A DNA stretch of 64,000 bases from Phoronis australis (Eukaryota; Animalia; Phoronida): positions 87,663 to 151,662 of the forward strand of contig NMRA01000402.1 of NCBI GenBank assembly GCA_002633005.1. The letters run 5' to 3'. The notes beneath the pieces were generated by a model, which was given only the letters and a program-made list of their open reading frames with translations, made no database searches and was not told where the DNA came from. How positions within the stretch are numbered: position 1 is the stretch's first letter; each line of letters opens with the position of its first letter. Shown one piece after another: positions 36,101 through 44,303 of the stretch. Made by a program: the position numbers and the translations under genes.

Positions 36101-38852
36101 GTAAAAACACATCGGAAACTGATGAAAAATTTTGTAAACAACTTGAATGAAATAATAGCAGTTAACGTTCCCTCGCTGTTGTGCACATTCAATACTTACA
36201 TTGCTACCCAATTGGTATTTTATTTATTACGTTGAATGGTCTATAGCCAGTTATTGCTTAACTTGATTGTTAATGAGAGTTGGTTCTAATCATTAAATTT
36301 GCCCTAATAAGCAAGACCACACAAAATCAGGCGAGTGCAAGATGAATGCTTTACGTGTAGGATCGGGACCTTGCTATCGTAGCCTAACAAAATGGTGGAG
36401 ACTGAAATGATTGGTCGGTGAAGTTTCAGTGTTGAATCGTGTCCGGTCAGCAATTTATGAGATGTTTCGAACTTAGCCAAGTTTAAGATCTTTTTACATA
36501 TTTAACTTTAAAGCTGCTATAAACATGTCTGCAATCAATTGAATAATATATTAATTGAAAACACTCACCACTATAAACCTGGTCTATACTTATTCTTTAG
36601 ATGGGAAGTCCTGTGATCTGACCATTGGTTATTGGTTGAGAGCATGGTCGGCACGTGAAACCTTCCACCTACACAAGCTGCATTTTTTAACCTGGTCTCT
36701 AGTAATAATGAACTGTTATTCTTCCTAGATTCAGAAATCAGTTCTCATCTGAGAAAGGATTACGCTACAAACACTTTTTAAAGGATAGCGCTAGTGGATA
36801 TTAACATCTTTATCTTTCAGAATACTTAATGGGCTGTATGTTTTAAATCCCTTTTCAGGTTGAGATTCTCACTAAGTTTGGTAAGGCTGACAGGGTATAC
36901 CCAGTGGTCAACCAACGAGGAAATGTACTCACACGTAGAGTGATCATGGTAGGCTTTTGTAATGGGTCTCCAAATATTTTGTGCCTCGACTCATTCGTGC
37001 TGGCATATAATTATAGTTTTCAAAAAAATGTTGATGACATTAAATTTATTTCTTTTTAATGACAAAAATCGGCAAAAATTTTTCGTCTGAGTTTTAAGTG
37101 ATGCGCTGTATTTTTCATCTGGTTCCCTTCTGGATTTCCACCATAACTTTCATGAACAAGCCAGTCAGATTTTGACAAAATTGCTTCAACATTTTTTGAA
37201 AGCTACAGTTTACTGTAAGTAGGCTACACATATAAGGACATTGGTCACTTACAGGGGCCCCACACTTTGAGAACCAGTTTTCTCCACTGAATAACAGGTA
37301 TCAAACTGGTTCTCAAGATGCAGAGTTCATGTGACCATTGCCCATTTCAGGTATTTCATTACTTGCAGTGGCCCATCATTTATTTTGAGCTCAATTTTGA
37401 AGTCTGAGTTGAGGTCTGGTTTTGAAGTTTTAAATTAATTTTTAGTTAGGGAGGTGATATCCTATCTTTCTGTTAGAACATGTTGTTGGAAATACTGAAT
37501 TTGTGCTTCATACAAATAGTCAACTGTTTAAAAAAAGAAATGTCAACTTTAATTTGTGATTGATGTGGACCTGACTCTGTTTGTAACACTTTGTTTTTTC
37601 ATTATCCCATTGCCTCTTTGTCAGTGTCTTGGAGGTGAAGCTTCTCGCCAAGCAGTGGACAGTCTGACAGATGTTATCTGCGCTCTTTGTCAATACTGCA
37701 TCAGTGATGCCTCTTCTTGGATGCATGTTTGTATGAGTAAAGATGGCATACCATCACCACGCCTCACACTGGCACAGAAGAAAGACTTCATTAGCCTCAT
37801 TCTCAGGTTGGTAGCTTACGATAAAATTTTGCTGATTTACGACACAATACAGGGGACTAGACAAGTTAAAAAGAAAAAATGACATTACTTTATTTAGCGC
37901 TTGCTAGAATGTCACAGGGATCACCTTGTTAGCTTGTGCTGGCTGCAGCAACCACTCTGAAACGGCTGTAGTTGTCTGTCCAGCTGGTCTAGTTTAAGCA
38001 GTTCTAAAAATTCTCAATGATAGCAAGTACCAGCATATATTAATAATTTGCTTGACATGTTCCGGTGTCATTTCTTTAAACACCATCATCAGAAGAGAGA
38101 ATATAGTGGCCACCTAGCTAGGCCCAACAACAAGTGATCAAACACAGATGCAGTCAGATACAGGGAGTGACAATCAACTAGACCAACAATGACATCCTGT
38201 GGTGTGTCAGTTGCCTATTGACACTGCGCTAGCACCAACTGATGTGTAGAGCCTCACGAATTTTAAGCTCCCTTTAGTTGTTGTTTCTGCTTTCTATTTG
38301 CAAAATCATTGAAAGACCATTGCTGATAATGATTGGAGCTCTGCAGATGAATATTTACGTGTGATACGACACCGAAACATGTCAAGCCGTTTTAAATCAG
38401 CTGTTCTAAAAAAGCAAACATACCACATTACAAGCATTCTCATGTTCAGAATTTATTTAATTATCTTTGCCATAGTTTGAGCTTGTGTCCAAGTCATTAA
38501 AAAGTGTAATGGAGTGCTACCAGACCATGAAAATAAGTAGTGATGAAATCAAGAAAAAGGAAAACCAATGGATTTTGTAAGAGTGTCTTGTGTTCTCTGA
38601 ATAATAACATTAAATTTTCTTGACAAGAATGTTAATTTTAAGTTTTCCTCTAACAAAATTGTAAACTTTACCAGACATCCCATTGCCTAGACTGAAATAC
38701 AGTGTCTTCTCCACTGTTGAACAAGAATTGTTCATTCGCCATTTCTTTGTTGCAGACATTACACCAACAAGCGTCAAGCCAGAGAGCTAACGAAAGAATT
38801 CGCGTTATCGTGCCGGGGTCTACTTGGAACAGAATACGGGGCGACAACGTGA
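12159..38852 (+). CDS. IPO13: Importin-13 (karyopherin-beta family, HEAT repeats), complete spliced CDS, 25 coding exons, 2826 nt / 941 aa
   Basis: join(12159-12188,13247-13366,14350-14408,15150-15258,16172-16267,16638-16691,17600-17672,19073-19289,20198-20282,21235-21366,22268-22348,23377-23515,24679-24728,26031-26126,28026-28173,29279-29460,30398-30559,30971-31102,31554-31772,32690-32783,34828-34880,35692-35817,36859-36948,37625-37806,38756-38852). All phases join without stops and all introns are GT-AG except one GC-AG. Peptides QVSPAAWAFSWQLL, EVQFFGANCLHAKISKYW, LTVLPEEF, CTGLPGTYP..FWYSFQDDI, DEKELFRCYRQDISDTL and NKRQARELTKEFALSCRGL match vertebrate IPO13 as I recall it. Confidence 0.93.
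12605..12772 (+). mobile_element. Fragment (about one monomer) of the HINE-like family
   Basis: gtgcctcctagtggcaatttt...tttcatgaattttgac...ttctattagagtgatgacg...gcatcgcctagtgac aligns with the 26-27 kb monomers. Confidence 0.6.
13247..13366 (+). CDS. IPO13: IPO13 exon 2 (ALVSFY...SWQLLDPQK)
   Basis: ttttacag| ... AAG|gtcagc, 120 nt, IBN_N region. Confidence 0.9.
14350..14408 (+). CDS. IPO13: IPO13 exon 3 (PAEVQFFGANCLHAKISKYW)
   Basis: ttttgtag| ... TG|gtgagt. Confidence 0.9.
15150..15258 (+). CDS. IPO13: IPO13 exon 4 (SELPVDQYEVLKSRLL...TRLCVT)
   Basis: ttttctaag| ... ACT|gtgagt, phase 2 in, phase 0 out. Confidence 0.88.
16172..16267 (+). CDS. IPO13: IPO13 exon 5 (LSTFVLQTMPEHWPNAVADIV...)
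   Basis: tttttccag| ... AGC|gtaagt. Confidence 0.9.
16638..16691 (+). CDS. IPO13: IPO13 exon 6 (QTERCRLLLVILTVLPEE)
   Basis: tttttcag| ... GAG|gtaagg; conserved LTVLPEE motif. Confidence 0.9.
17145..17526. repeat. Compound (CAG/CAGCA/TAG/TAC) microsatellite in IPO13 intron 6
   Basis: agcagcagcac / gcagtagca / ctacta runs over ~380 bp. Confidence 0.95.
17600..17672 (+). CDS. IPO13: IPO13 exon 7 (FQTCHITKHRRGCLRQELHQSEDT)
   Basis: tccttgtag| ... A|gtaagt. Confidence 0.85.
17903..18300. mobile_element. Foldback MITE with ~130-bp TIRs (possibly piggyBac-type)
   Basis: 17903-~18035 is the near-perfect reverse complement of ~18177-18300. Internal CAGAAATTTCTGC subrepeats; ends CACT...AGTG flanked by tgaa / ttaa (degenerate TTAA TSD). 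Confidence 0.75.
19073..19289 (+). CDS. IPO13: IPO13 exon 8 (MIPLLVSLF...ALVCMASWVKFG...QHPEANK)
   Basis: ttttaacag| ... AA|gtgaga; lies within ORF 19021-19293. Confidence 0.88.
20198..20282 (+). CDS. IPO13: IPO13 exon 9 (YPNTMKKLIAGILQL...QQDM)
   Basis: ttttgtcaag| ... ATG|gtgagt. Confidence 0.85.
21235..21366 (+). CDS. IPO13: IPO13 exon 10 (DSIHSLCQAVAAAAENNTRVL...IALCL)
   Basis: ttttttccag| ... CTG|gtaggt. Confidence 0.85.
21820..22073 (+). mobile_element. MITE, same family as 40099-40339
   Basis: Shares cttgccg.atg.ggaagtttcaaagtttggaaatt.agacaa.tcttagacttaag and the 3' TIR with the 40.1-kb copy. Confidence 0.7.
22268..22348 (+). CDS. IPO13: IPO13 exon 11 (KCTGLPGTYPIHESASNQLFTFWYSFQ)
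   Basis: gttgcag| ... CAG|gtgagc. Confidence 0.9.
23377..23515 (+). CDS. IPO13: IPO13 exon 12 (DDIMSS...AKVQYPDETVYADMSD)
   Basis: ctcttctag| ... G|gtagat. Confidence 0.88.
24679..24728 (+). CDS. IPO13: IPO13 exon 13 (DEKELFRCYRQDISDTL)
   Basis: ttttgcag| ... CTG|gtaagt. Confidence 0.92.
26031..26126 (+). CDS. IPO13: IPO13 exon 14 (MNCYGIL...TTRWQ), ends at a GC donor
   Basis: tatttcag| ... TGG CAG|gcaagt; the only nearby donor in phase with exon 15. Confidence 0.82.
26150..27855 (+). mobile_element. Non-autonomous Helentron (HINE / DINE-1-like) element with internal ~150-bp tandem array
   Basis: 5' subTIR ATGCACCCAC with inverted partner GTGGACGCAT, (GTCC/CTGT)n microsatellite 26200-26270, 10 internal monomers, 3' subTIR GTGGGCGCAT (27820), hairpin CAACGC-TCC-GCATTG and terminus CTCTTG|TTT. 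Confidence 0.75.
28026..28173 (+). CDS. IPO13: IPO13 exon 15 (EVEGLFFLLSAVSENV...ALFLI)
   Basis: tgtttaaag| ... G|gtaaac. Confidence 0.88.
28653..29203. mobile_element. MITE-like element (Harbinger-like, TTTCATGAAA-containing TIRs)
   Basis: ctggactccgtttcatgaaa at the left end and tttcatgaaatgatcccctg at the right; cttaag/gactaa subrepeats resemble the 21.8/40.1-kb family. Confidence 0.45.
29279..29460 (+). CDS. IPO13: IPO13 exon 16 (GAYAEWIQYHPEVL...VDTIQ)
   Basis: ttccttag| ... CAG|gtaaga. Confidence 0.92.
29509..29661 (+). mobile_element. ~155-bp MITE (copy 1)
   Basis: Imperfect TIRs cagtagacgctaggacc / ggtcctagcgttactg; inverted homolog at 40619-40785. Confidence 0.65.
30398..30559 (+). 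CDS. IPO13: IPO13 exon 17 (TVIESGKLKSQESIRLMCCVGYALSVLP...QQD)
   Basis: gttccag| ... GAT|gtaagt. Confidence 0.88.
30971..31102 (+). CDS. IPO13: IPO13 exon 18 (HTVAAKSAIL...LFASLD...DHQP)
   Basis: catttgcag| ... CCA|gtaaga. Confidence 0.88.
31554..31772 (+). CDS. IPO13: IPO13 exon 19 (VAIILQQIT...PHPSILDLARQ)
   Basis: tccgcag| ... CAG|gtatta. Confidence 0.9.
32098..32535. repeat. Degenerate ~40-bp minisatellite (~10-11 copies)
   Basis: Unit ~TACAGGCTCAGTATGAGCTGCCTCGTTATAAATATACTGA, in IPO13 intron 19. Confidence 0.85.
32690..32783 (+). CDS. IPO13: IPO13 exon 20 (LIIMFDEE...NKCIECCRT); its 3' end is unit 1 of the minisatellite
   Basis: tattgcag| ... ACA G|gtacag; phase 1 matches exon 21. 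Confidence 0.85.
32761..34197 (+). repeat. 53-bp minisatellite, 27 copies + 6 bp, overlapping the IPO13 exon 20/intron 20 junction
   Basis: Unit GTGTATAGAGTG(C/T)TGTAGAACAG|GTACAGTGTACACCTAGTCATGCCTTCAT(G/A), with exact 53-bp register from 32761 to 34191. Confidence 0.98.
34828..34880 (+). CDS. IPO13: IPO13 exon 21 (GDQENTDLVEKYMAVVSQ)
   Basis: ttctgcag| ... CAG|gtaatt. Confidence 0.85.
35692..35817 (+). CDS. IPO13: IPO13 exon 22 (LLKKRSHVF...LPEVPTIKASCSFM)
   Basis: atttcag| ... ATG|gtatgt; PE.PT.KASC motif. Confidence 0.9.
36859..36948 (+). CDS. IPO13: IPO13 exon 23 (VEILTKFGKADRVYPVVNQRGNVLTRRVIM)
   Basis: ccttttcag| ... ATG|gtaggc. Confidence 0.83.
37625..37806 (+). CDS. IPO13: IPO13 exon 24 (CLGGEASRQAVDSLTD...PSPRLTLAQKKDFISLILR)
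   Basis: ctttgtcag| ... AG|gttggt. Confidence 0.9.
38050..38387. mobile_element. Penelope-like pLTR remnants (inverted pair) with degenerate minimal hammerhead motifs
   Basis: Minus strand 38095-38051: CTT-CTGATGA-T-GGTGT..ACACC-GGAAC-ATGTC-AAG. Plus strand 38344-38387: CAGATGA...GACACC-GAAACATGTC-AAGC. The two share a 20-bp inverted repeat with 1 mismatch. Confidence 0.55.
38756..38852 (+). CDS. IPO13: IPO13 terminal coding exon 25 (HYTNKRQARELTKEFALSCRGLLGTEYGATT*)
   Basis: ttgttgcag|, TGA at 38850-38852. Confidence 0.9.
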
Positions 38853-39061
38853 TCATTGTCATGGAGGACAGACCTCCTGCAGGGATTATGGCAATTCTTC
38901 ACCTCATTTCACATGAAAATAATTTGCAAAAAATTGAAATTCTTGTACTTAACAAGACCGTTTTTCTTGCTGCCAATGCCCAAATGCTGATTTGCAGCAT
39001 GTACGGGGAGCAAATCAACTTTTGGGAATATACTTTTTTCTTTATAATTTTGATAATTGAA

Positions 39062-39067
39062 AATAAA
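39062..39067 (+). promoter_or_regulatory. Candidate IPO13 polyadenylation signal AATAAA
   Basis: First AATAAA I noticed, ~210 nt after the stop codon; not validated. Confidence 0.4.
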
Positions 39068-40098
39068 AATTCCTCTCATCTGCCATATTGTGTGCTCAGT
39101 GGGTGAGGAATTTCAGAACTTTTGCTACAAACACCCTGTGATCCCTGGGGCTATCCAGTCATGAGAAGTTGTTTGACGTTGATTGACACTGTGTTATTAC
39201 CAGCCCTTTTATGGATTGTTTGAAGTTGTCTCATACATTTCTTTGACAGGAATCTTAACGTTCTTGCTCAAGAGTAAAATCTCGGTCAAATCTCCCCCTA
39301 AAAGCACAGTCCAGGGTAACTTAGGTGCTGTTTTGGGAGCAGGTACTGCGGAACTAAAATCTGAAGGACTGATATTTTAACGCTACCGTTGGCTGTGTAC
39401 GGCTTGTGCAAATTTTTGGCAACTTTTGTTCTGATGTTTTGCCTTTGGATGATTTTGTGTTCGTCACCTGTCAATTAGATTGTTCATTAGGGCGTTCTCC
39501 CATTTAGTGATTTTACCAGACACAGAAAGTTGTGAGTGGGGGATAACATGTAGCTCCTTTGTAAACAGCCAAGCAGTCTTTTGTCTGGCATGACAATAGG
39601 CAGGTCAGTTATCTACCAGGCTTTTTACAGACCATGTGTGAACACAGTCAAACCCAGAGTGAATTGGTACATGTATGTTCGGAAAGAATAGATTGTCGTA
39701 ACTTTGGTTGTAGTTGGGCAATTTTGGCGATTTAAAAACTTAGCACTATCAGAATTTTACGAGGAATTCAGAAATGCCCTCAGCACAGCCAGTCAGGCTA
39801 GATACAGTCTTATAGGAGATTAGAGCAATTATCGAACAAAAGAGAGCTGGCCCTCCAACCATAAGTACCAGAATGGAGTTAATCAGTCGTTTATCTTGAA
39901 GGTATTGGCTACATGGGCCGTCTTCCCAACTTATTGTTGGGCTATAGAATCGAACAAGTTGCGATCAACGGGAAAACGCCGTATTGTCCTCATAGTGAAG
40001 TGAACCTCAGAGTCCAGATATGACGAGTCTTTGACTGTAACGTGTTGTCCTATGGCCTCACCATTGTTATCTCTGTTAAATTTAAGTTATTAAAGATC

Positions 40099-40339
40099 GG
40101 GGCCCATTCCAAAAAACTGACTTAGCTAACTAAAGACAAATCTTAAGTAGTCAATTTTAAGATGAAACCCCAAATATGTCTCAAGTCCGTTTCAAGAAAG
40201 AAGCCTTAAGTTTTTTACTTGAATTTTGTCTTAATTTTGCCTAGCTTGCCGGATGTGGAAGTTTCAAAGTTTGGAAATTGAGACAAGTCTTAGACTTAAG
40301 GAAAAAAGTCAACGAAGTCGGTTTCTTGGACCGGGCCCC
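40099..40339. mobile_element. PIF/Harbinger-like MITE
   Basis: TIRs GGGGCCCATTCCAAAAAACTGACTT / AAGTCGGTTTCTTGGACCGGGCCCC; second copy at ~21.8-22.07 kb; TSD unclear. Confidence 0.7.
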
Positions 40340-40618
40340 AGTGCTCTAAACATTAGCTTCTGTCAGAAGCTTGCTCTTGATTTGGGTCACTTGTTGTACA
40401 TTTGTGAAAGTGACTTCAACTTATTCTTTGCATTATATTTTCTGGAATTTTTGCTGCTTTTCGTATATACTGAAGTGTCATTTTTCGTCTACTTTTCTTA
40501 TAGGCTTTGACAATAGTTTCGACAAGATGAAATTTGTCATTTTTTTAATTTCTGTTCATTAGTAGTTTTTTGTGAATACACTATACCGAAATGTTAATAT
40601 TTTTATGCAACAAAACGG

Positions 40619-40785
40619 GCCTCCCGTTCAGTACTGCTAGGACCTTGCTATAAAGCAAGGCTTCGCGAGATTTCATGAGATATTGCAGTGTGTTTTAAAT
40701 GAGCCTGAGAACTCTGTGAGTTTGGCTAGACTTTAGCTAGGTGCTAGCGTACTGGGTCCTTGCGTTTGTGTACATGTACTCACCG
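40619..40785 (-). mobile_element. ~160-bp MITE (copy 2, inverted)
   Basis: Reverse complement aligns along 29509-29661 (tacgctagcacctagc, atttaaaa.acac.gcaatatctc). Confidence 0.65.
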
Positions 40786-40957
40786 GGACGTCTGGTCATT
40801 TCAATTCATTAGCTCGTTAGTTTTCTGTATACAAAACACAGTAAAACCACTGTCATCTTGTTGAAACGTTATCTGATGGGTGATTGTTTTTTATTCAATT
40901 CAGCAGATTTTGGAAGTATATGACAGGCATTGTTAGTGAGCCTGCATTTCACTAGCC

Positions 40958-41381
40958 CTGTTGACTGACTTAAAATGAAGATCGAACTGTGTTTAAATTT
41001 CATATGGTTATTCCATGAATAAAATACTGACCTGGAATGTGACTGACTATACGAAATTTCTCTTTTCAGAGTCTGTTCCGTTTTTGTCTTGGAACAAGTT
41101 CGATTTTTTGAAAATTTCTTGGAAAATTGCGATTTTCTGGAAGTACTTTTTACTGGGGCCAAATTTTGCACTGTTGACTGACTTAAAATGAAAATCGAAC
41201 TGTGTTTAAATTTCATATGGTTATTCCATGAATAAAATACTGACCTGGAATGTGACTGACTATACGAAATTTCTTTTTTCAGAGTCTGTTCCGTTTTTGT
41301 CTTGGAACAAGTTCGATTTTTTGAAACTTTCTTGGAAAATTGTGATTTTCTGGAAGTACTTTTTACTCCAAATTTTGCACT
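40958..41381. repeat. Direct tandem duplication, 213-bp period, 2 near-identical copies
   Basis: ctgttgactgacttaaaatgaa starts at 40958 and again at 41171. Confidence 0.92.
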
Positions 41382-43580
41382 AATAACATTGGTTTCAAAT
41401 TTAATCTTGCCGTGATATGCTTGTTTTCGGTTACCGACGACTGTCGAAACAATCTGGGCTGCTCGGCACGTACATGTACGTCGCATTCCGTAAACCCCCT
41501 GAACCCCCGGTAGATCCGCCACTGTTATGGAAGTGCCATTTTTGTTGGTATTACGGATTTCACTAGCACGTTCGGTCAGCCGGAGCTCCACAGTTTCGGA
41601 TTACTATTACGGGTACGTTGTATTCAGTTAGGAAGAGATATTGTATGCATACATCTACAACCGCGCTGCACAGCGGGCATTGGATGCCGGGCATTCGTGC
41701 CACTTCATTCACGCGTTCTCATAATGAAGTTGGCTCCGTTTCTACTCAGACCGCTGCGTTGCATGTAGTACCGGTACCGGTACCTACTAATTGTAACGGG
41801 AATCCGTGAAGCGACCAGCAAAGGTCGCCGATCTACTTAGTATCTGAAGTCTATTGTTCGCCGGTAGCTGAAAAATTAGTTTGCAACGTTATGTAAACCT
41901 ACTTTTTCACTCGTTCGTATCGCGTACAAGGGACCCATGGTGACAACTTATGGAGAATGAAACAAGAGAGAATTGGACACTGAAATATACTGAGTTTATT
42001 ATGTTCTTAATATAAAGTACAAATCTACACACTTACAACTCATCATTAGTCCGTCGTCCTCAGCTGAGTCTCGACAAATCAGAATCCAAGAATGAATGCA
42101 TGAGCAAGAAAAAATACGCCGACAAACGTTAAAGTTCGAATAAAAATGCCCAAAAAGCTTGTTAATTTGGTTGGGATTCCTGGCCGATAGGATCGAGACC
42201 CGACTCCGAAGTTTGCCTGTGTTTGGGGCTCACAACTAAAAGGCATCGGGAAGCGGATTTTATTACTCCCAGATTCTTACGCTGGAATGAGGGGTATCAA
42301 GTTAAATGTAAAAACCAATCAAAATGAAAAGTGAAAATTTCGTCATCGGAAGTACCAAATAAGGGGATTCACCAACAGACATTCCTTTAAAATGTATTTG
42401 ACCACTCTAACTTCTGGAATTAAACCATGACTGGTTAAACATATAGTCTTCAGTTGACTCACGACTCGGCTTAACTCACGACTCCATCAATAGACGGCGC
42501 TTCCAGCACATACTAACACCACAGACCGTAGAGCGTCTTTGCTAATCACCATCAGAGGGCACCATATACAGATCTCAGATAACAGAGACTGAGAGAGCAA
42601 AGATCAAAACGCACGTTGTGCACCGATAACTGGAACCAGTGGAAGCGAAGCCGAAAGTTTGTTGCACGGTGTTGTAAGCTGGTAAGTATAAAAGATCGTT
42701 GCTGGTAGGTTTTGCAGTTCAAAGACGTCACAAAGTCCACTCGCCGGCCAGCAAGCTATGTAGTGAGGACAGCAGTGTTTGAACTTGAAGACTCGTCAAA
42801 ATATTTAGCTATGTAGTATACTGGGGAGCCCAATGTTCGTCCGCCTAAGCATAAAACCGACTTGCTGTTGTACTCACCGAATTATTCCACTTCAAAGTTA
42901 TGATCTGAATAGGATTCGATTTAACTCTCACAGATATACCGCATTCATCGATTCGGAAGTTTTCTTTAATTTGTGCCGAGTTATTTCAAATGTGCACTGC
43001 CTTCGGCAGCCATTTTATTGTGACACCTAAGTTCGTCATATGCTGCCCCCTTTTGTAAAAACTGAGAAACATGCAGAAAAAGGCCAACGAAGTAATGAAA
43101 ATTGCAACAGCCTGTTTTTATTGACATAAACTCGATTTGAAGCTTTGATGTTGAGCTCTGCACTGTGGTTTCCAATAAAAGCCAATTGGACAACATTTCA
43201 ATGCAGTTTAATGGTGAATGCGTGAGGCAAAAATGTTAAGAACCCAGCGTATCGCATTTGTCTGCGGATTTTTCCTTTGGCCTTCTAGATCCTACTAGTG
43301 CCTGGGACAAACAGATACATTGCATAAACAAACCCTGGATCATGTTTTGTGTCCCGTCGGAAGAAAATTTAAATTCGAAAACATCTTCTGAAAACGCACA
43401 AAAAAGTGTATTAGTAAAATCTACTGATTTTTAAGTGGTTTTAAAAAACAATCGGTAAACTCACCGATTTTTGTCTCATTACTTTGATACGTGTCTCTTC
43501 CGATAAGTTAGTACCTAACGTGCAGACGAGAACTCCAAATTGGAACGCTAAGTCCCGCGTGGTTGCGCTGCACGCGAAAC

Positions 43581-43617
43581 AAGATGGCGGACGAACTTTG
43601 GAGCCTGACGAAAATAG
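43581..43617 (+). promoter_or_regulatory. Probable FAAH 5' leader exon with YY1-type AAGATGGCGG motif, ending at donor AG|gtaacc
   Basis: CpG-richer patch, CAAGATGGCGG, and a donor ~450 nt upstream of the acceptor that precedes the FAAH ATG. Confidence 0.5.
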
Positions 43618-43740
43618 GTAACCGGACGATATTGCAGTAGGCTATGTACCAAGGCTAAGTCGCCGGATATTTTGCTTTTTCAGTAGCCAGCTTGAAAACT
43701 ATCGTCAAAATACAGCTATAAACTTCTGTCTTACTGTAAG

Positions 43741-43937
43741 CAGTGGCGGACCTAGGATACCATAACGGGGGGGGCAACATGGCCAACATGTTGTCTCCGG
43801 GAGATGGGCAAAGCGTGTGCACTGGCGGCCCGAAAGTTGTAGGGGCGGGGCATGGACCTTTTGTTTAGGAAGCTGTCGGTGGACTAAAAAAAAGGGAGCA
43901 CGCTTCCGTCCGAGCACCCCCCCTGGTCCCCTACNTG
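43741..43937. mobile_element. hAT-like MITE remnant ending at scaffold N (43935)
   Basis: CAGTGGCGGACCTAGG...GGGGGGG left end and CCCCCCTGGTCCCC right end; a matching 3'-end type (TAGATCCGCCACTG) occurs at ~41511-41524; no TSD seen. Confidence 0.45.
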
Positions 43938-44078
43938 CACCACTATTTGGTATTCCACTTAGCACCAAGGCTACCAGCCAGCTACCTGTATGGAGACCTA
44001 AAACTTTCAGATAATTGTTGTAAACAGTTACCTAAATTAGTTCACCCAACTGAGGTTTTTCATTTTAGGTAGCCACCA

Positions 44079-44303
44079 ATGACAGTGATGTTGAGAGTGA
44101 GAGATGCTGTGGATGCACTAGACCAACCAAAGGAGAAACTGGTGGCGGGGTTGGCCGGAGGTGTGGCGGCTTTTACATGCTGTTATACGGCTTATAAATT
44201 GTGCAAAATTTGGACAGTGCGAAATAGACGTGTGAAGAAAATAAAAGAAAACCAAGCCATGAAGCGGGACTTTGAAAAGTTGGTGAATCGTCAAGAGAAC
44301 AAG
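44079..44303 (+). CDS. FAAH: FAAH first coding exon (MTVMLRV...LVAGLAGGVAAFTCCYTAY...RQENK)
   Basis: cattttag acceptor at 44068, ATG 44079, AAG|gttaaa; TM helix followed by a basic stretch, as in FAAH1. Confidence 0.78.

Noticed and set aside
38702-39106. 134-aa + strand ORF
   Set aside because: It is an alternative frame over the IPO13 last exon and 3' UTR; the IPO13 frame stops at 38852.
40869-41591. 240-aa minus-strand ORF (longest in the track)
   Set aside because: Its length comes from the 213-bp (multiple of 3) tandem duplication. It has a non-ATG start, no recognisable domain and no exon signals.
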